A stretch of DNA of 64,000 nucleotides from an uncultured delta proteobacterium (GCA_963832165.1 CAWHTE010000004.1:384001-448000); one strand, 5' to 3'; numbered from the stretch's first letter, positions 10,673 through 20,539 are shown. Notes: generated by a model from the letters alone, not told the origin. Translations and numbers: made by a program.

Positions 10673-11923
10673 CTACCGAGCCGCCAGTGGCGATCCGCTG
10701 CGGATCACGGGCGGCACTCGCACGAAGCCCAGCGCCCCGGCCGCGACGGCCACCCAGCCGAGAAAGGCCCGCAGCGCCACGTCGTAGCTGCCGGTCGCGT
10801 CGAACGACCACGGCGCGAGCTGGAGCGCGGCCACGTTGAGCGGGAGCATCAGCGGTCCCATCGTTCCCATCACGCGCCCAAACGCTTCGCGCCCGAAGCA
10901 GTCGCCGATCAACGCCCCCCAGAGCGGCAGGAAGCCGCCCAGCGCAAAGCCGGCGACGCCGCTCGCGAGCACGAGCCAGCCGAAGCCGGGCCGGGCCAGC
11001 AGCACGCCGAGGAAGGCCGCGAGCAACGCCATCGCGGTCCAGACCAGCGCGCGCTTGCTGCGTCGATCCGCGATCGCGCCGAAGCCGAGCTTGCCGGCGA
11101 TTCCGCAGGCCGAGAGCGAAGAGAAGAGCAGCGAGGCGCGCTCGGCCGGGATGCCGAGGTCGGTCGCGTAGGCGTGCAGGTTCGTGAGCAGCCCGGCGAG
11201 GATCGCGAAGACGCTGCCGATCGCGATCGTGATTGCCAGGAAGTTGCGGTCGCGCAGCAGCGCAAGCGAGGTCTGTGCCGCGGGCGACGCGAACGCGGTC
11301 TGCACGCCGGGCTCCAGGGCATCGCCGTCGGGAGCGAGGCCGCGCTCCTCCGGGTGCCCGACCACCGTGAAGGCGAGAATCGGAAGCGCGAGCAGCACGA
11401 GTGCGGCCGCCATTGCGACTGCAGCTCCGCGCCAACCGAAGCGCTCGATCGCGAGCGCGAGCAGCGGCGGGATGGCGAAGCCCCCGAACGAGGTGCCGGT
11501 CGCGGAGATCCCGAGCGCGAACCCGCGGCGGCGCACGAACCAGTTGGCGACGAGCTTCGACGTGCTGAGCGGACCCGCGGCAACTGCGCCGGCGCCGACC
11601 AGGCCGGCGAACAGGAGCCCGAGCAGCCAGAGCTGCGGCGCGGCGGCGATCGCGGCGAAACCGACCGCCATGCCGAGCGCGCCGGCACACAGGACCGCGC
11701 GGATCGAGCCCCGGTCGAGGGCACGCCCTACGAAGGGGCCGAGCAGCGCCATCACGACGGCGAGACCCGAGTAACCCGACGCGACCTCGCTGCGCGAGGC
11801 GCCGAACTCCTCGGCGACCGGCTTCAGGAACAGCGGGAAGGCGTACTGCGTGAGTCCGACGGCGAACGCCTGGGCGATCACGGCGGCGGCCACGATCCAC
11901 CAGCCGTAGAAGACCGCCGTCAT
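10673..11923 (-). CDS. MFS transporter
   Basis: About 12 hydrophobic helices; GRALDRGSIR and GAIADRRSKR MFS loop motifs; NWFVRRRGFALG. Confidence 0.9.
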   Translation of the reverse strand: MTAVFYGWWIVAAAVIAQAFAVGLTQYAFPLFLKPVAEEFGASRSEVASGYSGLAVVMALLGPFVGRALDRGSIRAVLCAGALGMAVGFAAIAAAPQLWLLGLLFAGLVGAGAVAAGPLSTSKLVANWFVRRRGFALGISATGTSFGGFAIPPLLALAIERFGWRGAAVAMAAALVLLALPILAFTVVGHPEERGLAPDGDALEPGVQTAFASPAAQTSLALLRDRNFLAITIAIGSVFAILAGLLTNLHAYATDLGIPAERASLLFSSLSACGIAGKLGFGAIADRRSKRALVWTAMALLAAFLGVLLARPGFGWLVLASGVAGFALGGFLPLWGALIGDCFGREAFGRVMGTMGPLMLPLNVAALQLAPWSFDATGSYDVALRAFLGWVAVAAGALGFVRVPPVIRSGSPLAAR

Positions 11924-11962
11924 CCGCCAACACCGTAGCGCTGCATCCGCGACGCGTGCAGA

Positions 11963-12814
11963 TCAGTCGCGCTGCGGAGGCCACCCGGGAACGAGTCCGA
12001 GCGTCTTGCAGAGCTTCTGTGCCGACACGGTCTTGCCGTGCCACTCGCGCGCGGCCTCCTCACAGACGAGCCACGCGATCACGGCCGCGGGCACTTCGGG
12101 CGGTGCACCGCGCCACTGCGGGCCGAACTGCTCGAGCAGTCCGGTCGCCTTCACCATCTCGGTGACGATGAAGCCGGGCTCGACGTTGAAGAAGCGGAGC
12201 GGCGCCCTGCGATACTCGGCTGCCAACACGCCCACCAGGCGCGCGAACGCCGCCTTCGACGACGAGTAGGCGAAGCCCCAGCCGCCTTCGCCCGCGGGCG
12301 CCGTCGGATCGGTGAAGCCCGACTCGGAGACCATGTTCACGATCGTTCCGCGCCCGCGCGCGAGCATGCTCGGCAGCACGCGCTGCACGAGCCAGAGCGG
12401 TGCGAGCACGTTGCCGCGGTAGATCCGCTCCACGTTCTCGGCCGTGAGGTCGCGCACGAGGTCCATCACGCCCGCGGTCTGCACGATGCCGTTGTTCAAC
12501 AGCACTTCGATCGGACCCCAGCGCTTCTCGGTCTCGTCGACTGCGGCCGCGAGACTCGCCGCGTCCAGCAGATCGAGGCGCAGCGGAAGCGCGTCGCGAC
12601 CGCGCTCGCGCACGGCCGCGGCGGTCTCCTCGAGGCTGCCGGGCAGCGGGCGCAGGTCGGGGGTGCCCGCGGTGTTGCCGTGGTCGTGGAGCTCGCCGGG
12701 CGCGAGCGTGCGTGCGGTGAGCACCACGTCGAAGCCGCGCTCGGCGAGCTTCAGGGCCGCGCAGGCGCCGATGCCGCGGCTGGCGCCCGTGATGAAGGCG
12801 ATCCGGCGTTCCAT
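11963..12814 (-). CDS. Short-chain dehydrogenase/reductase
   Basis: TGASRGIG, NNG, YSSSK catalytic motif. Confidence 0.9.
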   Translation of the reverse strand: MERRIAFITGASRGIGACAALKLAERGFDVVLTARTLAPGELHDHGNTAGTPDLRPLPGSLEETAAAVRERGRDALPLRLDLLDAASLAAAVDETEKRWGPIEVLLNNGIVQTAGVMDLVRDLTAENVERIYRGNVLAPLWLVQRVLPSMLARGRGTIVNMVSESGFTDPTAPAGEGGWGFAYSSSKAAFARLVGVLAAEYRRAPLRFFNVEPGFIVTEMVKATGLLEQFGPQWRGAPPEVPAAVIAWLVCEEAAREWHGKTVSAQKLCKTLGLVPGWPPQRD

Positions 12815-12832
12815 GGGCTCCTCTCTGATGGG

Positions 12833-13309
12833 CTATCTGCGCGATCCGCGCGAGAGCGCGGCGGCGAGTGCGCCGCCGATCATGCCCGCGGGCAGGATCA
12901 ACAACCACGCCGTGGCTTCCGCCCAGAACGGAGTCGCGGGATCCTGCGCCGTCGCGGGCTCGAGCGCCGTCAACAGCACGCCGAGCGCGGTGCTCGCCAC
13001 CGCGATCCAGCCGCCGTGGCGCACATGGAGCAGGCCCGCGCGGCGCGCACCCACGAATGCGCCGAGCACCGTGCACGCCGCGCCCAGCGCGAGATTCCCG
13101 GTCACGTACACACGCGACGCGTAGAGCTCGGTGAGCGTCTGGCGCAGCTCGGCCTCGTCGTGCGACATCAAGTCGGGCGCGAGCCACATCACGAACAGCG
13201 TCGAGGCGATCACGGTTGCGGCGATGTCGACGAACGCGCCGAGCAGGATCGCCGATGCGGAGAGACCCGTGAACATTCCCTCCGGCTCGATCGGCGCGCG
13301 CGGCATCAT
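12833..13309 (-). CDS. Small integral membrane protein (4 TM), function unknown
   Basis: Four hydrophobic segments; TAGAAT (13318-13323) 8 nt upstream of ATG. Confidence 0.65.
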   Translation of the reverse strand: MMPRAPIEPEGMFTGLSASAILLGAFVDIAATVIASTLFVMWLAPDLMSHDEAELRQTLTELYASRVYVTGNLALGAACTVLGAFVGARRAGLLHVRHGGWIAVASTALGVLLTALEPATAQDPATPFWAEATAWLLILPAGMIGGALAAALSRGSRR

Positions 13310-13339
13310 CTCGCCCGATTCTAGTGCGTGTGCACTCGC

Positions 13340-13368
13340 TTGACGGCGTGCGCGACGCCGCGGATACT
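13340..13368 (+). promoter_or_regulatory. Sigma70-type promoter of the TetR-ipdC operon
   Basis: TTGACG - 17 bp - GATACT. Confidence 0.65.
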
Positions 13369-13402
13369 CGCGCTTGGTCAGTTGCCTAAGTTGGGAGCTC
13401 CG

Positions 13403-14068
13403 TTGGCCCGCAGCGACTCGCGCGAGCGGATCCTCGACGCAGCGGAGCGGCTGTTCGCCGAGCAGGGCGTGGCGGCCACTTCGCTGCGCGAGATCGGCGT
13501 GCACGCACAGGCGAATCCGGGCTCGATCTACTTCCACTGGAAGACCAAGGCCGAGCTCGTGCGCGACGTGTTCCGGCGCCGGCTCGAGCCGATCGACGCC
13601 GAGCGCGTGCGCCGACTCGACGCGGCTGAACGCGCGCATGCGCCCGACCCCGTGCCGCTCGACGAGGTGCTCGCGGCGCTGGTCGCGCCGATGCTCGGCA
13701 TGACGGGCAGCGCGGATCTCGTGAGACCGGGCTTCGTGCGGCTGCTCGGCCGCATCTACAACGAGCCCGACCGCGATCTCGTGCGGATGCTGCGCCGCGA
13801 TCACGGCGCGACGCTGGAGCGCTTCCGCACCGCGCTCGCGCGCGCGCTGCCCGACCTGCCCGAGGAGCAGCTGTTCGCGCGGTTCCACTTCGCACTGGGC
13901 GCGCTCGCGTACACGCTCGGCAGCGAGGCGAGCTCTCAGCTCGTGGCCGGGCGCCGACGCCGCCCGGTGTCCAGTCAGGACGTGCTGCGCGAGCTGATGC
14001 CGTTCCTCGTGGCGGGCTTCGCGGCGCCGCGCGCGGCGGGCGAAGAGACGCGGCGCGGCGCGGCGTGA
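13403..14068 (+). CDS. TetR/AcrR family regulator (PsrA-like C-terminal domain)
   Basis: RERILDAAERLFAEQG..SLREI..IYFHWKTKAEL HTH; TTG start after GGAG. Confidence 0.9.
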   Translation: MARSDSRERILDAAERLFAEQGVAATSLREIGVHAQANPGSIYFHWKTKAELVRDVFRRRLEPIDAERVRRLDAAERAHAPDPVPLDEVLAALVAPMLGMTGSADLVRPGFVRLLGRIYNEPDRDLVRMLRRDHGATLERFRTALARALPDLPEEQLFARFHFALGALAYTLGSEASSQLVAGRRRRPVSSQDVLRELMPFLVAGFAAPRAAGEETRRGAA

Positions 14069-15150
14069 GTGGAGGCACGGTGACGCATCCCGCGCTGCAC
14101 ACGGCTCTCTGCGATCTGGCCGGTGTTCGCTACCCGATCGTGCAGACGGGCATGGGCTGGGTCGCGAGTGCTTCGCTCGTCTCCGCGACCGCCAACGCGG
14201 GCGGACTCGGCATCATCGCCTCGGCCACGATGGACCTGCGCCAGCTCGCCGACGCGATCGCCGAGACGAAGAGCCGCACCGATCGCCCGTTCGGCGTGAA
14301 CCTGCGCTCCGACGCACCCGACGTGATGGAGCGCGCCGAGCTCATGGTGAAGGAGGGCGTGCGCGTCGCCTCGTTCGCGCTCGCGCCCAGCGAGCGGCTC
14401 ATGAAGGGGCTCAAGGATCAGGGCCTCGTCTGCATCCCGTCGATCGGCGCGAAGCGCCACGCCGAGAAGGTCGCGGGCTGGGGTGCGGACGCGGTGATCG
14501 TGCAGGGCGGCGAGGCGGGTGGTCACACGGGCAGCGTGCCCACGACCGTGCTGCTGCCGCAGGTGGTCGACGCGGTCGACATTCCCGTGATCGCCGCAGG
14601 CGGCTTCTTCGATGGGCGCGGACTGGTCGCCGCGCTCGCCTACGGCGCGGTCGGTATCGCGATGGGCACGCGCTTCCTGCTGACGAGCGACTCTCCGGTG
14701 CCGGACGCGATCAAGGCGATCTACCTCGCGAAGGGCGTCACCGATACGATCGTGACCACGCAGGTGGACGGTCACCCGCACCGCGTGCTGCGCACGGAGT
14801 TCGTCGACCGGCTCGTCGAGACCAACGCGCTCACGAGCCTGCCGCGCGCCCTCGCGAACGCGCTGCGCTTCAAGAAGTTGCTCGGCACGCCGTGGCGGGA
14901 GCTCATCCGCGAGGCGATCTCGATGAAGCGCAGCCAGGAGCTCTCCTGGAGTCAGGTGGTGATGGCCGCCAATGCGCCGATGCTGCTGCGCGCGTCGATG
15001 GTCGAGGGCAACGTCGCGTCGGGCGTGATGGCGGGCGGACAGGTCACCGGACTGATCGGGGATCTGCCGAGCTGCGCCGAGCTGATCGACCGCATCGTGC
15101 GCGAGGCCGACGATATCCTGTGCGGCTTCTCCGCGGGCGCACGGACCTAG
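14065..15150 (+). CDS. ipdC: Nitronate monooxygenase-family flavoprotein, IpdC-like (steroid C/D ring catabolism)
   Basis: PIVQTGMGWV..LVSATANAGGLGI.ASATM, GVRVASFALAP, QGGEAGGHTG, GTRFLLTSDS, ELSWSQVVMAANAPMLL match my recollection of mycobacterial IpdC along the whole length. Confidence 0.8.
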   Translation: MSGGTVTHPALHTALCDLAGVRYPIVQTGMGWVASASLVSATANAGGLGIIASATMDLRQLADAIAETKSRTDRPFGVNLRSDAPDVMERAELMVKEGVRVASFALAPSERLMKGLKDQGLVCIPSIGAKRHAEKVAGWGADAVIVQGGEAGGHTGSVPTTVLLPQVVDAVDIPVIAAGGFFDGRGLVAALAYGAVGIAMGTRFLLTSDSPVPDAIKAIYLAKGVTDTIVTTQVDGHPHRVLRTEFVDRLVETNALTSLPRALANALRFKKLLGTPWRELIREAISMKRSQELSWSQVVMAANAPMLLRASMVEGNVASGVMAGGQVTGLIGDLPSCAELIDRIVREADDILCGFSAGART

Positions 15151-15151
15151 C

Positions 15152-15883
15152 GTGAACGTCGCGGCGTCTGCGCCCGTGATCCCCGTGCGGCCCGCCGCGA
15201 CGGTGATGATCGTCGACGGCCGGCCCGATCTGCACGTGCTGCTGCTGCGCCGGCGCGCGCAGTCGGAGTTCGTGCCGGGCATGGACGTCTTCCCGGGCGG
15301 CGGCGTCGATGCGGACGACGCGGTCTCTACCTCGATCGGCGGCGAGCTCAGCGATGCCGGCGCGAGCGCGCGCCTCGGCCTCGCGAGCGGGGGCCTCGCG
15401 TACTGGGCGGCGGCCGTGCGCGAGACGTTCGAGGAGGCGGGTCTCGCGCTCGCAGTCGGAACGCTCTTCTACGCCGCGCGCTGGATCACCCCGCTCGGTC
15501 CGCCGCGCCGCTATGACACGCGCTTCTTCGTCGCGGCGCTGCCGCCGGGCCAGACGGCCGTGGCCGACCAGACCGAGGCCGTGCACGCGGAGTGGGTGCG
15601 GCCATCGGACGCGCTCGCGGACTTCCGCGCGGGCCGGCGCGCGATGCTGCCGCCGACCGCGGGCATGCTCCAGATCCTCGCGAGCTATCCGGATTGCGCC
15701 GCGCTGCTCGCGGCCGCGGAGCGCGCCGAGTCGGGTCCCGACCAGCGCGTGCGCCTCGCGAGCGAGGCCGGCGGTGCGTGGCGCGTGATCTTGCCCGGAG
15801 AGAACCCGAGCGACGAGGAGTCGGGCGCGCGCATCATGGAGCTCGAGGCCTGGGTGCGGCTGTGCCCGCGCAGAGGGGGCTGA
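15152..15883 (+). CDS. NUDIX hydrolase (NUDT19-like, possibly acyl-CoA pyrophosphatase)
   Basis: VFPGGGVD, AAVRETFEEAG Nudix box, WITP..RRYDTRFF. Confidence 0.85.
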   Translation: MNVAASAPVIPVRPAATVMIVDGRPDLHVLLLRRRAQSEFVPGMDVFPGGGVDADDAVSTSIGGELSDAGASARLGLASGGLAYWAAAVRETFEEAGLALAVGTLFYAARWITPLGPPRRYDTRFFVAALPPGQTAVADQTEAVHAEWVRPSDALADFRAGRRAMLPPTAGMLQILASYPDCAALLAAAERAESGPDQRVRLASEAGGAWRVILPGENPSDEESGARIMELEAWVRLCPRRGG

Positions 15884-15886
15884 GTC

Positions 15887-16681
15887 ATGGGAAGAGTCGA
15901 GGGCAAGGTCGCGATCGTGACCGGCGCGGCGCGCGGCACCGGCGAGGCGACGGCGCGCCTGCTCGCGCGCGAGGGCGCGCGCGTGGTGCTCGCAGACGTG
16001 CTCGAGGAGCGCGCGAGGCTGGTCGCGAAGGAGATCGGCCCCGCGGCGGTCGCCCTGCGGCTCGACGTCACTTCGGAAGACGACTGGCGCCGTGTGGTCG
16101 ACTCCACCGAGGCGCTCGAGGGCCGGATCGACGTGCTCGTGAACAACGCGGCGGTGCTGCACATGGCCGCGATCGAGGACACCGAGCTCGCCGAATACGA
16201 GCGCGTGGTGCGCGTGAACCAGGTCGGCACGTTCCTCGGCATCAAGGCGGTGGCGCCCGCGATGAAGCGCGCGGGCCGCGGCTCGATCGTGAACGTGGCC
16301 TCGATCGACGGCATGAGCGCGAAGAACGGCATCATCGCCTACGCCGCGAGCAAGTGGGCGGTGCGCGGGATGACGCGCGTGGCGGCGCTCGAGCTCGGGC
16401 GCCAGGGCATCCGCGTGAACGCGGTCTGCCCCGAAGCCGGCAACGCCGAGATGATGCGCCCGTACGTGCCCGTGGAGATCGACGTGGAGCTCGCGGCGTC
16501 GTTCCAGCAGCGCATCCTCGCGACCCAGAAGAGCCGCTCGCTCGCCGAGAAGATCGGCGACGTGGCCCAGATGATCCTGTTCCTGGCGTCGGACGACAGC
16601 GCTTCGTGCACGGGTACCGACTTCCTCGTCGACGGCGGGAACCTCGCGGGCACGCGCATCAAGGGCGCGCCCGGCGCCTAG
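15887..16681 (+). CDS. SDR oxidoreductase (hydroxysteroid dehydrogenase-like)
   Basis: TGAARGTG, NNAA, YAASKWAVRGMT. Confidence 0.88.
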   Translation: MGRVEGKVAIVTGAARGTGEATARLLAREGARVVLADVLEERARLVAKEIGPAAVALRLDVTSEDDWRRVVDSTEALEGRIDVLVNNAAVLHMAAIEDTELAEYERVVRVNQVGTFLGIKAVAPAMKRAGRGSIVNVASIDGMSAKNGIIAYAASKWAVRGMTRVAALELGRQGIRVNAVCPEAGNAEMMRPYVPVEIDVELAASFQQRILATQKSRSLAEKIGDVAQMILFLASDDSASCTGTDFLVDGGNLAGTRIKGAPGA

Positions 16682-16699
16682 CGGCCGCACCGGCATCCC

Positions 16700-17920
16700 A
16701 TGCGCGATCTGCTCGGCGACCTGCGCGGTCGTGCGCTCTGGGTGGTGGTCGGCTGCATGATCTGTCAGTTCGGTCCGGGCTTCGGCTACGCGATCGGTGC
16801 GCTCGCCCCCGACATGCTGGCGGAGCTCGGGTGGGATCGGGCGACCTACTCCTCGGTGCAGGGGCTGCCCCAGACGCTCCTGATCGCATTCACGAGCCCG
16901 CTCGTGGGCTACCTCGTCGGCCGCTACGGCGGCCGCATCGTGCTCGCGTGTGCCTGCGTCGCGCTCGGCATCGGCTACTCGCTCATGGCCGGCATGGAGG
17001 CCCCGTGGCAGTTCGCGCTGGCGAGCGCGGTGATCGGCTTCGGCGTGGCGGGGGTCGGCGACATCACCGCCGGGGCCACCGTGGCGCGCTGGGTCACGCG
17101 CTCGCGCGGGCTAGCGCTCGGCATCGTGTATACAGGTTCGAATCTCGGCGGCACGATCGCCACGCGCGGCGTCGCCGCGCTCGCCGACGTGACCACCTGG
17201 CGCATGGCGGTGGCCGCGATGGCGATGAGCTGCGCCTTCGTGCTGCTGCCCGCTGCTTGGTTCGCGGTGCGCGACCGCGCCGCCCCGGCGGCGGTCGAGG
17301 TGGACGACGCGCCCGCGAGCGGAAGCGAGGGCGATCTCGACTCGCGCGCGGCGCTTCGCACGCGCAGCTTCTGGATCATCGCGCTCGGACTGCTCGGCTT
17401 CTGGGTGTACCTGTACGCGATGCTCCAGCACTGCGTGCTCGCGCTCGTCGACGCGGGCATTCCGCGCGAGAGCGCCGCGTCCCACTGGGCCAACCTCGTA
17501 GCCATGGGCATGTTCAGCAAGATCGCGTTCGGCTGGATCGCCGATCGCGTCGCGCCCAAGACGGCACTGCTGATCGACTACGGGCTGATCGCCGTGTCCG
17601 CGCTGCTGCTCCTGGGTGTGTCGGCCACCAACACGGCCACGGTATGGGCCTTCGTGCTGCTGTTCGGCTTCGCCTACGCCGCGCGCGACATCGTCACGCC
17701 GCTGATCATCGTGCACTGCTTCGGGCCACGGAACCTGGCTCAGATCTACGGCCTGCTCATGCTCACGATCCTGCCCGGCAGCGCCGGCGGGATCTTCGCG
17801 GGCTGGGTCTACGACGTGACCGGGTCCTACGCGCCCGCGTTCACGGCGCTCGCCGGCGTCAGCGCCGCGACGTTCGCGCTGTTGTTCGCGGTGCGCGACG
17901 AGCGCCCGTCGACCGCGTGA
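16700..17920 (+). CDS. MFS transporter
   Basis: About 12 TM; GYLVGRYGGR and GWIADRV motifs. Confidence 0.88.
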   Translation: MRDLLGDLRGRALWVVVGCMICQFGPGFGYAIGALAPDMLAELGWDRATYSSVQGLPQTLLIAFTSPLVGYLVGRYGGRIVLACACVALGIGYSLMAGMEAPWQFALASAVIGFGVAGVGDITAGATVARWVTRSRGLALGIVYTGSNLGGTIATRGVAALADVTTWRMAVAAMAMSCAFVLLPAAWFAVRDRAAPAAVEVDDAPASGSEGDLDSRAALRTRSFWIIALGLLGFWVYLYAMLQHCVLALVDAGIPRESAASHWANLVAMGMFSKIAFGWIADRVAPKTALLIDYGLIAVSALLLLGVSATNTATVWAFVLLFGFAYAARDIVTPLIIVHCFGPRNLAQIYGLLMLTILPGSAGGIFAGWVYDVTGSYAPAFTALAGVSAATFALLFAVRDERPSTA

Positions 17921-17929
17921 GGAATCGGA

Positions 17930-18229
17930 TCAACGGCTCTCGGCGAATTCGTCGATGTCCCAGAGCGCCTCGCGCATGGCCTCGGCGTCCGGGTCCTCGC
18001 TCCCGCGAACTTCGGCGAGACACACCACCGCTTCTTGCTCGCTCGTGCTCATGTCGCCGCCGAGGATCTGCTTGAGCTGATCGCTGTCGAGATCGCTCGG
18101 CTCGTTGCCCTCGAAGATGCCCTCGCGACAAGCCTCCACGAGTGCTTCGCACGCGGAGTCGATGTCGTCGGTATCCCAGCCCATCTCGTGGAGGTGGATC
18201 AGCGCATCTTCCCAGTTCGAATCCGCCAT
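17930..18229 (-). CDS. Small, very acidic hypothetical protein (99 aa)
   Basis: SD AGGAG; fits the gap between genes; about 29 Asp/Glu versus 5 Lys/Arg. Confidence 0.75.
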   Translation of the reverse strand: MADSNWEDALIHLHEMGWDTDDIDSACEALVEACREGIFEGNEPSDLDSDQLKQILGGDMSTSEQEAVVCLAEVRGSEDPDAEAMREALWDIDEFAESR

Positions 18230-18345
18230 CGCCTTCTCCTCTCGTCGGTCCCGTCGAGCGTCGCCCCGTTAGGCGCTCAGCCGTGCTAGCGCACGTGCTC
18301 GCATCGGCTGATTCCCTGGTCGGCTGAACGCCGATCGGATCTTCT

Positions 18346-18461
18346 GAGAAGTCCTGTGTCGGGGCCTTCGAGGCGATCCGAGGGGAACAGTGCCGACCTG
18401 GCCTTGTCCCCGATTCGGTGCACCGAAGGCGGCCGTTGCGACCGGGATACACGAACTTCTC
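18346..18461. ncRNA. Candidate structured non-coding RNA, family unassigned
   Basis: Intergenic nested stems; on the minus strand GAGAAGUUC/GGACUUCUC, GUGU/ACAC, side hairpin CGGUCG/CGGCCG, CCUUCG/CGAAGG, CCGA/UCGG, GGGGACA/UGUUCCC, GCC/GGC. Confidence 0.5.
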
Positions 18462-18541
18462 GACTCGCGAAAGGGTTTGTTTCATCGTGCTACCCCGGGG
18501 GCGGGTCCGTGCGCGACCCGTGTCCCAAAATGGGAGCGCCC

Positions 18542-19306
18542 ATGAACGAGATCCTCCGCTTCGAAACCCCGGAAGACGGCATCGCCGTGCTCACGATGAG
18601 CCGGCCCGAGCGGCTCAACGCGCTGAACCGGCCGTTGCTCGACGCACTCGGTGACGCAGTGCACCGGATCGCCTCCGACGATGCGATCCGGGTGTTCCTG
18701 CTGCGCGGCGCGGCGCGCGCCGACGGCCGGCCGTGCTTTTCGGCCGGTGTCGACCTGCGCGGGTTCGCGGAAGGGCAGGGGGTCGGTATCGATCAGGGCT
18801 TCCGGCTCACCCAGGCGCTCGACGATCTTCCCAAACCGTCGATCGCGGTGATCGACGGCATCTGCACCACGGGTGCGGCCGAGATCGCCGTGGCATGTCA
18901 CCTGCGGCTCGTGGGAGCCGCCGCGCGCATCAGCGACTGGCACCTCAAGAATCTCGGCACGGGGCTCGGTGCCTGGGGGGCTGCGACGCGCTGGGCGCGC
19001 CTGGTCGGCAGCGCGCGCGCCAAGGAGCTGTTCCTGACCGGACGCGAGATCGGCGCGGACGAGGCGGTGCGGATCGGCTTCGCGAGCGCCGCCCATCCGT
19101 CGGAGCGGCTGTACGACGAGGCGCTCGCGATGGCGCGCACGATCGCGGCGATGGACCCGCGCGGCGTCGCGCTCACGCTGGCGCACCTCTCGCGCACCGA
19201 CGACTGGACGCGCGAGGAGTCGCTGCGCTTTGCGCAGCTCGCGCCGCGCTGGTTCGGCGTCGGCGGCGACATCGCGTCGAAGGGCGCGCAGATCCTCGGG
19301 AAGTAG
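18542..19306 (+). CDS. Enoyl-CoA hydratase/isomerase family protein
   Basis: LTMSRPERLNAL, FSAGVDL, PKPSIAVIDG. Confidence 0.88.
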   Translation: MNEILRFETPEDGIAVLTMSRPERLNALNRPLLDALGDAVHRIASDDAIRVFLLRGAARADGRPCFSAGVDLRGFAEGQGVGIDQGFRLTQALDDLPKPSIAVIDGICTTGAAEIAVACHLRLVGAAARISDWHLKNLGTGLGAWGAATRWARLVGSARAKELFLTGREIGADEAVRIGFASAAHPSERLYDEALAMARTIAAMDPRGVALTLAHLSRTDDWTREESLRFAQLAPRWFGVGGDIASKGAQILGK

Positions 19307-19361
19307 CGGCAAATCGCCCGCTCGGCGTACCGTATCGCCCCTGCGCGACGCGGAGGCGAAG

Positions 19362-20539
19362 ATGGATTTCGATCTGGGAGCAGAAGAGCTCGCGTTCCAG
19401 CGCGAGGTGGAGGCGTTCCTGTCCGCGAACGCCTCGCCCGACGTGATGGACGCGAACCCCGAGCAGCTCTCGCAGACCGTCGACACGCCGGCCAAGCGCG
19501 CGTTCATGCGCAAGCTGGCCGAGCGCGGCTGGCTCGGCATGTCGTGGCCGAAGCGGTTCGGCGGCCAGGAGAAGAGCGGGATCTACGACTTCATCCTGAC
19601 CGAGGCGCTCTCGCGCCGGGGCGCGCCCCAGCCCGGCAAGGGCGTCGGCATCGTCGGCAAGACGATCATCCGGAACGGCAACGAGAAGCTCAAGCAGTAC
19701 TTCCTGCCGCGCATCATCCGCGGCGAGATCGAGTTCGCGATCGGCTACAGCGAGCCGCAGGCCGGCTCCGACGCCGCGAACATGCAGCTGCGCGCGCCGA
19801 GAAGGTGGAGGGCGGCTGGAAGCTCGACGGCCGCAAGATCTGGACCACGTCGGCGCACTTCGCCGATTGGTACTGGGTGGGCGCGCGCACGGATGCGACC
19901 CAGAAGCATCACGGCATCACGCTGTTCCTCGTCGAGATGAACCACCCGGGACTCACGATCCACCCGACCTGGACGATCGGCGACGAGCGCACCAACGAGG
20001 TGTTCTTCGACGACGTGTTCGTGGGCGACGATTTCGTCGTGGGCGAGGTGAACCGCGGCTGGACCTACATCTGCGAGGCGCTCGACCTCGAGCGCTTCGC
20101 GATGATGCCGGTGGGCCCGCTCGAGACGAAGGTCGAGGCGCTCGTGGGCTGGGCGCGCGAGGCCGCGCGCGACGGCGCGCCCGTGCGCCGCGACGCGCGC
20201 GTGCGGCGCTCCGTCGCCCAGGCGGCCACCCAGCTCGAGGTGGCGCGCATGCTCCAGCGCCGCGTGATCAGCGAGGCGCTCAAGGACCGCGTGCCGACGG
20301 TGCAGTCGTCGCAGTACAAGCTGTTCATGAACGAGCTCGGGCAGCGCGTCGCGAACGCGGCGCTCGATCTGCTGGGCGCCGAGGCGCAGCTCAAGCCCGG
20401 CAACCCCGATGCACCGATCGGGGGCCGGTTCGAGCGCTCGTACCGCTACACCGTGGTCGACACGATCGGCGGCGGAACGTCGGAGATCCAGAAGAACATC
20501 ATCGCTCGGCGAGGGCTGGGCCTCCCGCCGACTTACTGA
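19362..20539 (+). CDS. Acyl-CoA dehydrogenase (FadE26/FadE29-like alpha subunit); frameshift near 19795
   Basis: GWLGMSWP..GG, FAIGYSEPQAGSD, KIWTTSAHFAD, NEVFFDDV, ALDLER, TIGGGTSEIQKNIIA; two extra bases in a CG run relative to the paralog at 24319. Confidence 0.9.

Noticed and set aside
18346..18461. SRP (4.5S) RNA, tRNA or 5S rRNA
   Set aside because: Similar size and a CAGGUC, but no GNRA-capped helix with AGCAG, no cloverleaf or T-loop, and no 5S motifs
17859..18485. 208-aa ORF crossing the RNA candidate
   Set aside because: Arg-rich composition typical of shadow ORFs, no SD, and it overlaps the acidic-protein gene and the MFS 3' end in other frames
19790..19800. Programmed frameshift in the acyl-CoA dehydrogenase
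   Set aside because: A two-base excess in a CG run with no slippery heptamer; the paralog is intact; best explained as consensus error
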